A stretch of DNA of 64,000 nt from an uncultured Chloroflexia bacterium (GTDB lineage Bacteria; Chloroflexota; Limnocylindria; Limnocylindrales; CSP1-4): NCBI GenBank assembly GCA_963844945.1, contig CAWJQZ010000024.1, positions 8,116 through 72,115 of the forward strand, in the 5' to 3' direction. The first letter of the stretch is position 1, and every line of letters begins with the position of its first letter. The translations under genes were made by a program, and so were the position numbers. Of this stretch, positions 30,036 to 40,275 are shown in pieces. The notes beneath the pieces were generated by a model that saw only the letters and a program-made list of their open reading frames with translations, was not told where the DNA came from and searched no databases.

Positions 30036-30200
30036 GTTTCGCGCGTGCAATGGCGCGGATGACCAGCAGCGAGCGCACGGTCGGAACCGCGAGGTGAGCC
30101 GGATGACCGGCCTTGAGGGGCGAAGGCCGCCCGATGGCATGATGGGACGACCGGCCGGAGGGTCCGTGGCCGACGGATCCCGTCGCGGGCCGAGCGCCGC

Positions 30201-32413
30201 ATGAGCCTCGGCGATCGCACCGTGCCGGCAGGGGAGGATCCCGGGCTGGTGCCCGTCTGGCTCCAGAACCTCGCCGCCTTCGGCTGGCGGATCTTCGCGA
30301 TCGTGGGGCTGGCGCTCGTCCTCGTGTGGGTCGCGCTCCTCCTCATCTCCATCACCGCGTCGCTCGTGCTCTCGGCGGTCCTCGCATCCACGGCGGCGCC
30401 CCTCGTCATCCGTCTGCGGGAGCGGGGCTGGCCGCACAGCCGGACGGCGCTCGCCGCGTGGGCGGCGATCAGCGTCGTCATCCTCGCCGGGCTCGCATTC
30501 GTGGTCGTCACGATCGTCCCTGCGGCCGTCGACCTCCTCCGGGGCCTCCAGGCCGGCGTCGACACGCTGAAGTCGAACCTGGGCGGGACGACACTCTCCC
30601 CGGAGGCCGCCGCGACCCTCGACCGGGTCGCGTCCGTCGTCACGACGTTCGTGAAAAACCGGGCCAGCGAGCTTGCCGGCTAGGTCTCGCTGACCGCGAC
30701 AATCGCGATCCTCTCCACCTTCCTGACGTTCTTCATCCTCCTCGACGCGGACCGCGGCGCCACATGGGCGCTGCAGGCGTCCACCCCGAGGACCGCGACG
30801 CCCTCCGCCTCCGCTGTCGCGATGCCGCGCTGCGCGTCGGCGGCCTCTTCCGGGCGCTGGCCGCCACCTCGGCCGTCCGGGCCGCCGCGATGTTCGTGGT
30901 CATGCTGGTGGTCGGGACGCCGTACGCCGGGCCGCTCGCGGCGATCCTCCTCGTGGGCGGGATGATCCCGTACCTGGGCATCTTCGTCGCCTACCTCCTC
31001 GTCGGGCTCGTCGCCTTCGGCGGCCAGGGCCTGGCACCCGCGCTGCTCGTCCTCGCCTTTGCGGCCGGGATCGAGGTCGCGATCACGTTCGGCCGCCGCC
31101 GGGCGGGCGGTCCGGCGCCCTTCCGCGTCCACCCGGCCGTCGCCCTGCTCGCCCTCGGGATCGGTGCGCTGGCGGCGGGCATCATCGGGATAATCGTCAC
31201 GGTGCCCGTCGCCGCGTTCCTCCAGCAGGTAACCGGACCGGCCCTTGCGGCGTTCCAGCCCCGCCTGCCGGCGATCACGTCGTCCGGCCCCATCGTGCCC
31301 GGCTGGCTGGACCGGCTCGCGAACTGGAGCTGGCGCCTCCTGGTGGGGATCGGCCTCCTCGCGCTCGCTGTCGCGCTGACCATCGCGCTGTCGGGGCCGG
31401 TCCTCGCGGTCGTGCTCGCGGCGGTCCTCGCCGCAACGCTCGCGCCCGCGGCCTCCGCCCTCCGCCGACGGGGCGTCGGGCCCACCGCGGCCGCGCTCAC
31501 GGCTGCACTCGGCCTCTTCGCGATCATCGCGGTCATCCTCGGCCTCACCGTGGTCTCGCTGGTGGCGAACATGAGCGAGATCGCCGCGCAGGCGAGCGCG
31601 GGCGCCGGGAACCTCGACACGTCCGCGAACGGCGCAATCTCCTGGGTGCCCGACCTCGTCTCGAAGATCTCCGGCGGTGCCCTCGACGCCGTCGTCGCGT
31701 TCGCCGCGATGCCGCCCGGCCTGCTGCTGATCGGGACGCTCACCGTCATCCTGACCTTCTTCTTCCTGCGCGACGGCGGGGCGGCGTGGCGCTGGGCGAC
31801 GCGGATGCTCGCCGGCTGGCGGCGCACCGAGGTGGACGCGGCGGGCACGCGGGCCGCGGGCGTCCTCGGCGGCTACATGATCGCGACCGGGGTGATCTCC
31901 ACGTTCGGCGCGGCGACGCAGTTCGCGATCATGACGGTCCTCGGCCTTCCGCTCGCGCTGCCGCTTGCCGTCCTGTCGTTCTTCGGTGGCTTCATCCCGT
32001 ACATCGGCTCGTTCATCACGACCGGCATCGCGCTGCTCGTGACCATCGCCGTGGGGTCGCCGACCGACATCGCGGTGATGCTCGTCTTCACCCTCGTCTT
32101 CAACATCGTCACCGGCAACGTGGTGGCGCCGCTCGTCTACGGCCGCGCGGTGAGCATCCACCCCGCGGTCGTGCTCCTCGCCATCCCCGCGGGCTCCACG
32201 ATCGCCGGCGTCTTCGGGATGTTCATCGTCGTCCCGCTCATCGGCGTGGTCGTCGCCACGTGGCGGACCGTGCTGTTCATCCTCGGCGACGGTCCGAAGG
32301 ATGGGAGCGGCGCCGCCACCGGGGACGCCGGTGGCGAGCCGTCGGCCGAGGGGCCCGGCACGCCCGCGGAAGACGCCGGCGGAGGGGTGACGGAGCCCGC
32401 ACCGGTGAGCTGA
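30201..32413 (+). CDS. AI-2E family transporter with two tandem AI-2E domains; in-frame TAG at 30681 and frameshift near 30785
   Basis: VPVWLQNLAAFGWR and VPGWLDRLANWSWR open each half; GGMIPYLG / GGFIPYIG; RVHPAVAL / SIHPAVVL; collinear with the paralog at 62109-64000. Confidence 0.85.
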
Positions 32414-32462
32414 CGGCCCCCGGTGCCGCGCGCGAGCGTGCACGCCGGGCGGGATCCGCTCG

Positions 32463-32487
32463 CGCATCGCTCTCTGCGAGTGACGCG
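32463..32487. promoter_or_regulatory. Palindrome copy 2, upstream of the UPF0104 gene
   Basis: CGCATCGCTCTCTGCGAGTGACGCG; its 23-nt core is 18/23 identical to copy 1. Confidence 0.6.
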
Positions 32488-32606
32488 CCCGCCCGTCCCT
32501 GCTGGTTCAATCGGTCCAGCGGGCAGCCGTTGTACGGCACCTGCGTGCGAGAAGCCCGAGACTCGTCCGGACCTGCGGATCGATCGGGCGGGGCGAGGAG
32601 ACGGCG

Positions 32607-33772
32607 ATGATCGAGTCCGGAGCCGATCCCGTGGACGGCACGCCCGCGCCCCAGGCGACACCCGGTCCCGATGCGACCCCGGGCACGGACCCGGCGTCTG
32701 CCGCTGCGCCCCCGAGCCGGCGCGCGGCGCTCATGCGGTCGGGCCTGATCGTCGCGGTCCTCGTCGTCGTCTTCGGCATCATCCTGCCGGCGACGGGCGT
32801 GGACTACGCCGAGGTCTTCGCCGCCTTCCAGGCGCTCTCGCCCGATCAGGTCGTCGTCATCACGATCCTCGGCGCCCTGGCCTGGCTCGTGAGCGGGCTT
32901 GTCTTCTCTGCCCTCATCCCCGGGCTGTCGGTCCTCCGCGGCCCGGAGTCGTGGCTGATCCTCTCGGGGATCGGTTCGAGCGTCCCCTTCGGCCCGTGGA
33001 ACATGGGCGTCCTCTTGGGTCGTGGTCCGCGGCTGGGGCATCCCGAACATCCCCGCCACCTCGGGGATCGCGCTCTACGGCGTGGTCAACGAGTGAGCGG
33101 CCTGTTCCTGCCGCTCTTCGCGATCATCCTCCTCGCCGTGACCGGCGCCCTGGCCGGCGCGAGCCAGGCGAATGCGGCGTGGGCCATCGCGATCATCAGC
33201 GCCATCGTCTTCGTCATCGCGATCGCGCTCATCGTCGCGGTCGTCCGGTCGGAGAAGGTCGCCGACTGGCTCGGGCAGACCGGGCAGCGGCTCGTCACCG
33301 CGACGCTGGCCAAGCTTGGCAGCAAGGGTGCCCCTGACGTCGACGGCGCGATCCACCGCTTCCGCGACCAGCTCGGCGTGGTCATCCGCCAGCGGGGCTT
33401 CGCCGCCATGGGCACGTCGATCGCCTCGCAGTTCGCGTGGGTGATCGTCCTGATCGTCTCGCTCCGGATGCGCGGCGTGCCGGCCGACGTGCTCAGCCCC
33501 GCCATCGTCTTCGGGGTCTACGCCCTCGTCATGGTCATCACGATCATCCCGCTCTCACCGGGCGGCGCGGGCGTCCCGGAGCTCCTGTTCATCACGGCGT
33601 TCACGAACATCGCGGGGGAGCAGTACAACGCGGCCATCACGGCAGGGGTCTTCCTCTACCGCCTTTACTTCTGGTTCCTGCCGATCCCGCTCGCCTGGAC
33701 CTGCTTAAGCTGACCCGGCGCGGGAAGTCGATGCTGCCGACGACGGCGGAGCTGAAGGCCGCCGCGCACTGA
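32607..33772 (+). CDS. UPF0104/YbhN (lysylphosphatidylglycerol synthase TM, flippase-like) membrane protein; frameshifts
   Basis: Multiple TM segments; IPLSPGGAGVPE, AGVFLYRLYFWFLPIP. Confidence 0.82.
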
Positions 33773-33803
33773 CCCGCTGACCCGCTCCCGACCGCGAGCG
33801 CGC

Positions 33804-35547
33804 TCAGGACACTGCGGTCGGCGCTCCTGGATCGGCCCGGTCGCCGCGCGTCTCGCGCGCGAACGCCTCCCTGGTGCCTCGTTCACCGTCCGGTAGAAGT
33901 GGGCGCGGTCGATCGTCTCGTGCAGCTCGTAGCGCACGACCCAGTCGTGGACCGAGCTCTGCAGCTCGGCGAACGCGAGGTGAATCCCGCTCGCGTTGAG
34001 CTCGAGGTCGAGATCCGCGAGCATCGCCCCGGCGGTCGTGTCGATGTCGGTGATCGGCTCGGCGGCGATGAGGACCCACTTCGGCGGCGGTGTCGCCGAC
34101 CTGACGGCCTCGCGGACCAGGTCCCGGAACTGGGTCGCGTTCGCGAAGAAGAGCGGGGCCGACCAGCGGATGATGACGAGCCCCGGCACCTGCTCCGCCT
34201 CGGGGTACCGGGTATGTCGTGGTAGCCCGCCACGTCCGGGGCCTTCCCGAGGATCGCCGAGTACGGGCTCCAGACACGCTTGAAGATGTAGAAGACGGAC
34301 AGGACCACCGCGATGACGATGCCCTGGAGGACGCCGACGAACGCGACCCCGAGGAGGCACAGGATCGCGAGGACGAACTCGGCCTTCCGGACCCGCCAGA
34401 GCCGGCGCAGCTCGGCGAGGTCGAAGAGGCTGATCGACGCGGCGATGACGACGGCCGCGAGGACCGGCTGGGCATCGACTGGACGAGCCCGGGGACGAAG
34501 ACGAGCATCGCGAGAACGAGCGCGGCCGCGACGATACCCGCGAGCTGCGTCTTCGCGCCGGACTGGACCGCGACCGCGGTGCGCGATCCGCTCGAGCTCA
34601 CGGGGAAGCCGGAGAAGAACCCGACGGCGACGTTCGCCGAGCCGATGCCGGCGAGCTCCTGGTTCGTGATCACCTCGTACCCGCCCTTGCTCGCGAAGGC
34701 GCCGGACGTGGAGATCGTGTCGCCGATCGCGACGAGCGAGATGCCGACGGCCGAGCCATGAGCAGCGGGATGTCCGAGAGGTCGACTGCGGGGATCGACG
34801 GCAGCGGGAAGCCCTGGGGCAGGACGCCGATGACCGAGACGCCGTGCGACGCGAGGTCGAGGACGGTCGACAGGACGATCGAGACGACGACGGCGACGAG
34901 GATCCCCGGCGCCCGCGGCGCGAACGCCTTCAGGCCGAGGATGATCGCGAGGCTCAGGAGCCCGATCCCGAGCGCCCAGACGTTCGTCTGGTCGAGGCCC
35001 TGGACGAACGCCTGCACCTCGCCGACGAGGCTGCCCGCGTCGGTCGAGAACCCGAAGAGCTTCGGCAGCTGGCCGATGAAGATCGTGATCGCGAGCCCCG
35101 CGAGATAGCCGGTCCGGACGGGGCTCGAGAGCAGGTCGGCGACGAAGCCGAGACGGGCGATGCCGGTGGCGAGGGTGATGATCCCGACGAGGATCGCGAG
35201 CACCCCGGCGAGCGCGATCGCCGCGTCGGAGCCGCCCGCGGCGAGCGGCAGGATCGTCGCTGCGATCATCGGCCCCAGGGAGGAGTCGGGGCCGAGGACG
35301 AGGCTCGGGGACGACCCGACGAGCGCGAACGCGATGAGGCAGATGACGGTCGTGTAGAGGCCGGTGATCGCAGGGAGACCGGCGAGCTCGGCGTACGCCA
35401 TCCCCTGGGGGACGAGCAGCGTCGCGAGCACGATGCCCGCGACCAGGTCGCGCGACAGCCAGGCCCGCTCGTACGAGCGATCGCCCGGAGGCCGGGCATC
35501 CAGTCGTCCACCCAGCCGCGCCGGGAGCCAGAGACCTCCTGAGCCAT
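33804..35547 (-). CDS. SulP/SLC26 anion permease with STAS domain; several frameshifts
   Basis: RDLVAG, VPQGMAYAELAG, GLYT, LGPDSS, GQLPKLFG, NQELAGIG, SSSGSRT, APLFFANA, DIDTTA. Confidence 0.92.
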
Positions 35548-35661
35548 TCTTAAGCGCTCCCGGATGCGCGTCCCCACGGCGTCGACGCCCTCGCCGGGAC
35601 GGCCCTCGCGGTGCACGTCTCCAGCGGGTCGCGAACAACGTTGCGACTCCCTCGAGACCCC

Positions 35662-35686
35662 CGCATCGCGCGCCGCGCGCGATGCG
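35662..35686. promoter_or_regulatory. Palindrome copy 3, between the divergent SulP and CMD-MalT genes
   Basis: CGCATCGCGCGCCGCGCGCGATGCG; core 18/23 identical to copy 1 with symmetry-preserving changes. Confidence 0.6.
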
Positions 35687-35760
35687 CCGGATGGAGCGGC
35701 GGGCACACAGTTGGCGCGGCGGTCGCTCCGTCCAGCTTGTGTATCGAGGCGTGGGATCAG

Positions 35761-36204
35761 ATGACCGTGGTGGCGGCCGAGGAGATGTTCCGCAGGCTCA
35801 CGATCGGCGAGACCGGCCTCGTCGCGGCCCTCGCCGGCAGGGAGGACCGCAGTCGGGACCTGCGACGACTCGATGCGAAGACCTCATCGCTGCTGCAGGT
35901 GGGAGCGCTCGTCGCGCTCGATGCGCCCGAGACGGCATACCGGACCGCGGTCGACGATGCGCTGCGGCTCGGCGCGGACATCGAGGACCTGCTCGCAGTC
36001 CTCCTCGCGGTCGCCGAGCAGGTCGGTTCCGCGCGCGTCATCGCCGCGGCGCCCAGGGTCGCCCTCGCCGCCGGCTACGACGTGGAGACCGATCTCGACA
36101 GGAACGAGCCCTCCGACCACGGTTACGGCCGGCGTATCGGGGGCGCTGCCGGTTCGGATCCCGGGGCGCCGAAGGCCGATCCGGGAGCGCGACCGACCGC
36201 CTGA
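35761..36204 (+). CDS. Carboxymuconolactone decarboxylase/AhpD-fold protein with no cysteine
   Basis: LDAKTSSLLQVGALVALDA..ALRLGADIEDLLAVLLAVAEQVGSARVIAAAPRVALAAGYDVE. Confidence 0.8.
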   Translation: MTVVAAEEMFRRLTIGETGLVAALAGREDRSRDLRRLDAKTSSLLQVGALVALDAPETAYRTAVDDALRLGADIEDLLAVLLAVAEQVGSARVIAAAPRVALAAGYDVETDLDRNEPSDHGYGRRIGGAAGSDPGAPKADPGARPTA

Positions 36205-36299
36205 CGGGGTCCTCGCTCGGTCATGTAGGCCTCGTCCTACTGCATGCCGGGCGCTCCCGATGCTACGGTCTCCCCGGTCCCCAGCGATCGGAGGCAGAG

Positions 36300-38617
36300 A
36301 TCAGCGTCGTACGCACCGGGAGGACCCGGCTCTCTCGAGAGGAGGGCGAGGATCCCGAGACCCGCGCGCACTTCCGCCCGTCGTTCCCGCTCGTCGAGGC
36401 GAAGCTGCATCCTCCCGCGCCCCAGCCGGGGTGGGTCCCGCGCGGGCGCCTGGTCCGGCTGCTGTCGGCCGAGCCCCGTCCGACCGTCGAGTCGATCGTC
36501 GCGCCGCCCGGGTACGGCAAGACGGTGCTCCTCGCCGACTGGGCCTCACGCGCGCGCGAGCCGGTCGCCTGGCTGACGCTCGACGCCTTCGACAACGACC
36601 CGAGCGTCTTCCTCGCGTACCTCGGAGCGGCGATCGACCGCATCGAGCCCCTCGACAGCGCGGCCGGTGCCGCGCTCTCCGCCCCCGCGACGCGCGTGCT
36701 CGCAAGCGCCGTGCCACACCTTGCGCGCGCTCTCCACGCCATCGGCCGGCCGGCGACGGTCATCCTCGACGACGCCCATCGTCTCGTCGACCGCACGTGC
36801 CTCGACGCGGTGACGCTGCTCCTCGACTACCTGCCGCCGGGGCTCCGCTTCGTCCTCGCGGCGAGGACGGAGCCCGACCTGCCGTTCGGGCGGATCCGGG
36901 CGCGCGGCGGCCTGCGCGAGATCACCGGGGGCGACCTCGCGCTCGACGCGCAGGAGACGGAGGCGATCGCGCGCGCGGCCGGGTGGCCGCTCGAGCCGAG
37001 AGAGGCAGAGGCGCTCGCCGAGCGGACCGAGGGCTGGGCCGCGGGCGTCTACCTCGCGGCCGTCGCCGGGCGCCGAGGTGGCCCGGGGAGCGCATCGACC
37101 GATGTCTCGGGCCCGAGCAGCTTCATCGCCGCATACCTCCGGACGGAGTTCGAGGCCGACCTGCAGGCCGAGGACCTGGTGCTCCTGACGCGGACGTCGA
37201 TCCTCGAGGTCGTCGAGCCACCCCTTGCGGACGCGGTCGTCGAGTGCGGCGACGCCGCCGCGCGGCTCGCCCGGCTGGCCCATGCGAACCAGCTGATCAC
37301 CGTCGTCTCCGGCTCGCCCACCGCCTACCGCTACCACAGCCTGCTGCGCGAGTTCCTCAGGGTGGAGCTCGAGCGCCGGGAGCCGGGGTCGGCCCCGGCG
37401 CTGCACCGCCGGGCCGCGACCTGGTCGGCGGCTGCCGGCCACGCGGAGCTCGCGATCGAGCACGCGCTCGCCGGGGACGACCCCGACCTGGCGGCCGGAC
37501 TCGTATCCACCTCGATGTTGACGACCCTCTACGGCGGCCACGGCGACACCCTCGACCGATGGCTGGGCAGGTTCGACGGCGCGACATTCGAGCGCCACCC
37601 GCCGCTTGCGGTCGTCGGTGCATGGGTCCACCTCCTCCACGGAAGGACGGACGCGACCGATCGCCTCGCGGACATCGTGGAGCGCTCGACCTTCGCGGGC
37701 GATCCAGGCGACGGAACCGCCTCGTTCGCCTCCGGACGCGCCATGCTCCGAGCGATGCTGGGGAGGCGCGGGCCCGAGGACGTGCTCGCGAACGCTGCCT
37801 TCGCGGTGGACGCCGAGCGACCGGGCAGCGGGTGGCGCACGAACGCGCTCGCCCTGCTCGGGTCGGCGCACTCGATGCTGGGCGACGACGCAGCAGCCGA
37901 CGCGGCGTACGCCGAGGCCATCGGGGCGGGGGGCATGGCCGGGTCCATGGTCGCGCTGGCGCGGCGGGCCGGCATCGCGCTCGCGCGGGGGGACTCGACC
38001 GCGGCCGACTCGTTCTCCCGCGAGGCCGACGCCGTCCTCACGACGGCGGCCTACGGCAACCTGGTCTCGGCACTGCTGGTGAACGCCGTCTCCGCGCGCG
38101 TGGCGATCCACCTGGGGGACCAGGCGCGAGCTCGGGAGAAGCTCGTCCTCGCCCAGCTCGCCCGGCCTTCGGCGTCGACCGCCGCCCCGTGGTTCTCCGT
38201 GGGTGCGCTGCTCGAGCTGGCCCGCGCATACCTTGCGGTCTCCGACCTCGCGGGCGCCCAGGTGGCGGTCCGGGAGGCGGACGTGATCGCGCGCAGGCGC
38301 CCGGCCCTCGGGATCCTCGCGACGGAGTCGAGGAGATGCGGGCGCGCCTCCAGGATGCCTCGGGCGTGCTCATCGGGTCGTCGGCGCTCACGCCGGCGGA
38401 GCTGCGGCTTCTGCCCATCCTCTCCACGCACCTGCAGTTCGAGGAGATCGGCCTGCGCCTCCACCTCTCGCCACACACGGTCAAGACGCACGCGCGGTCG
38501 ATCTACGGGAAGCTCGGCGCGTCGAACCGGAGCGAGGCGATCGAGCGGGCGGTGGAGATCGGGCTGCTCGAGCCGTACCCGGGCCTGGCGCTGAACGCGC
38601 GGCCACCGCGTCGCTGA
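36300..38617 (+). CDS. MalT-like STAND ATPase / TPR / LuxR-HTH transcriptional regulator; frameshift near 38330; start codon uncertain
   Basis: EAKLHPP, APPGYGKT, VAWLTLD..DNDP, ILDDAH, RTEGWAAG, YRYHSLLREFL; HTH LTPAELRLL..LSPHTVKTHARSIYGKLGASNRSEAI. Confidence 0.92.
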
Positions 38618-38656
38618 TCACGGACCCGCGGCGGTCCGTCGGGATCCGGCGTGCCT

Positions 38657-39112
38657 TCAGCCGCCCCGGCGGTAGTCCGTGTCGATCTCGTCGATCTTCG
38701 CCACCTTCGGCGCCGAGCGACCACCCTGGAACTCCGAGCGCATGAACGCATCGACGAGCAGCTTCGCGGTCTCGACCCCCACGGTCAGGGCGCCGAGCGT
38801 GACGATCTGCGCGTCGTTGCTCTTCGCCGCGCGCTCCGCGGAATACGGGTCGGCGATCTGCGCCGCGCGGATCCCCGGGACCTTGTTCGCGGCCATCGCC
38901 ATCCCGATCCCCGTCCCGCAGACGAGGACGCCGCGCTCGTGCCGGCCGGCAGCGATGTCCTCCGCGACGGCCCGGGCGACGTCCGGGTAGTCGACCGGGT
39001 CATCGGTCGCGACACCCGCGTCGTCGACCTGCCAGCCGCCCTCGCGCAGGTGGTCGCGCAGCGCGTCCTTCATCGGCCGCCCCAGGTGATCGCTCCCGAC
39101 GATGATTCGCAT
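38657..39112 (-). CDS. RpiB/LacA/LacB sugar-phosphate isomerase, DerI/EryI-like subgroup
   Basis: GSDHLG, DYPD, CGTGIG, ANKVPGIRAA; SAERAAKSNDAQ and GGRSAPKV in place of the canonical RpiB HNNAN and RHxRR. Confidence 0.88.
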   Translation of the reverse strand: MRIIVGSDHLGRPMKDALRDHLREGGWQVDDAGVATDDPVDYPDVARAVAEDIAAGRHERGVLVCGTGIGMAMAANKVPGIRAAQIADPYSAERAAKSNDAQIVTLGALTVGVETAKLLVDAFMRSEFQGGRSAPKVAKIDEIDTDYRRGG

Positions 39113-40275
39113 CAGTCGCCTCCGGCCTCGGTCTCCTCCGCGAGCGTCCGCATGACGAGCGCGTCGGCCACGTCGCCGGCGCCGCCGACGTGCAGCATCG
39201 CGCGGCTGTTCCCCGCCAGCGCCCGGGCGACGTCGAGCTTCGCCGCGCCGACGTCCCAGGCCGCCGCCTCCGGGAAGGCCCGGAGCCGCTCCTGGAGCTT
39301 CGCGAGGCGGAAGGCCTCGGTCTCCGCCTCCACCTCGACCACGCGGCGGCGGGTCTCCGCCTCGATGACCCGACGCTCCATCTCCTCGCGGTCCCTCGCG
39401 AGCCTGGCGGCGACCTCCTGCTTCGCGAGCGACTCGCGGTCGGCCTGCCTGTGCTGCTCGAGCGCGAACCGCTCCGCCTGCTCCAGCTGCTGGAGGCCGG
39501 CGAGCCGGCGGGCCTCACGCGAGGCCATGAACTCGGCCGGAGGCGCGATGTGCGTGATGAGTGCACGTTCCACGGTCGCCCCATACCCCCCGAGGGCAGC
39601 ACCGATGCCGGCGGCGAGGCTCGCGGACTCCTTCTCGGCGAGGTCGAGGACGCCGTCGATGGGGATCCCCCGGACGAGGTGGCGGACCGCCTCCTGGCAG
39701 GTCCCCTGGAAGACGGTGTCGAAGTCCGACGGGGCGATCGCGTAGACGAATTGTTCCGGCTGCGCGATCCGGAAGGTCAGGAGGATGTCCGCGTTGACCC
39801 GGACGTCGTCGCTCGTGATCACCCCGGGGATCTGGGCGTCGAACGGGATCTCGCGCGTCGTCACGAGGTGGCTGATCCCGATCCCCGGCCGGAGGATGCG
39901 GACGCCCGGCCCGAGCGTCCTGAAGAACCGCCCACGCTTCACGAGCATCGCCTGCGAGCCTTCGGGGATCGAGACGAAGAAGCTCGGGACGATCCCGGCG
40001 ATGAGCGCGACGATGCCTGCGAGGCCGATCACGCCCGCGGCGACGATCTGGATCGGGAGGACGAGGGCGAGGACGACCGCGACGAGCCCGCCGATCGTCA
40101 GCGGGAGGTTCACGCGCATGAGCCGGCGGGGCTGGACGACGATCGGGAGGCGGCCGCTCGCGTCGGGCTGCGCGAAGGCGTCGCCCGCGCGGTCGAGCGA
40201 GACGCGGGCCTGGGTCAGCTGCGGTGCGGTCGAAGGCGAGAGTTCGGCGAGGTCGGCAGGGGCCTGCTCAACCAT
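39112..40275 (-). CDS. SPFH/Band 7 domain membrane protein
   Basis: Two TM helices, IPEG..LGPG..REIPFD..TSDDVRV..TFRIAQP..EAVR, coiled-coil tail. Confidence 0.85.
   Translation of the reverse strand: MVEQAPADLAELSPSTAPQLTQARVSLDRAGDAFAQPDASGRLPIVVQPRRLMRVNLPLTIGGLVAVVLALVLPIQIVAAGVIGLAGIVALIAGIVPSFFVSIPEGSQAMLVKRGRFFRTLGPGVRILRPGIGISHLVTTREIPFDAQIPGVITSDDVRVNADILLTFRIAQPEQFVYAIAPSDFDTVFQGTCQEAVRHLVRGIPIDGVLDLAEKESASLAAGIGAALGGYGATVERALITHIAPPAEFMASREARRLAGLQQLEQAERFALEQHRQADRESLAKQEVAARLARDREEMERRVIEAETRRRVVEVEAETEAFRLAKLQERLRAFPEAAAWDVGAAKLDVARALAGNSRAMLHVGGAGDVADALVMRTLAEETEAGGD

Noticed and set aside
30681-30683. In-frame TAG in the AI-2E gene as pyrrolysine or readthrough
   Set aside because: No pyl genes, TAG ends other genes here, and a nearby indel points to error or decay.
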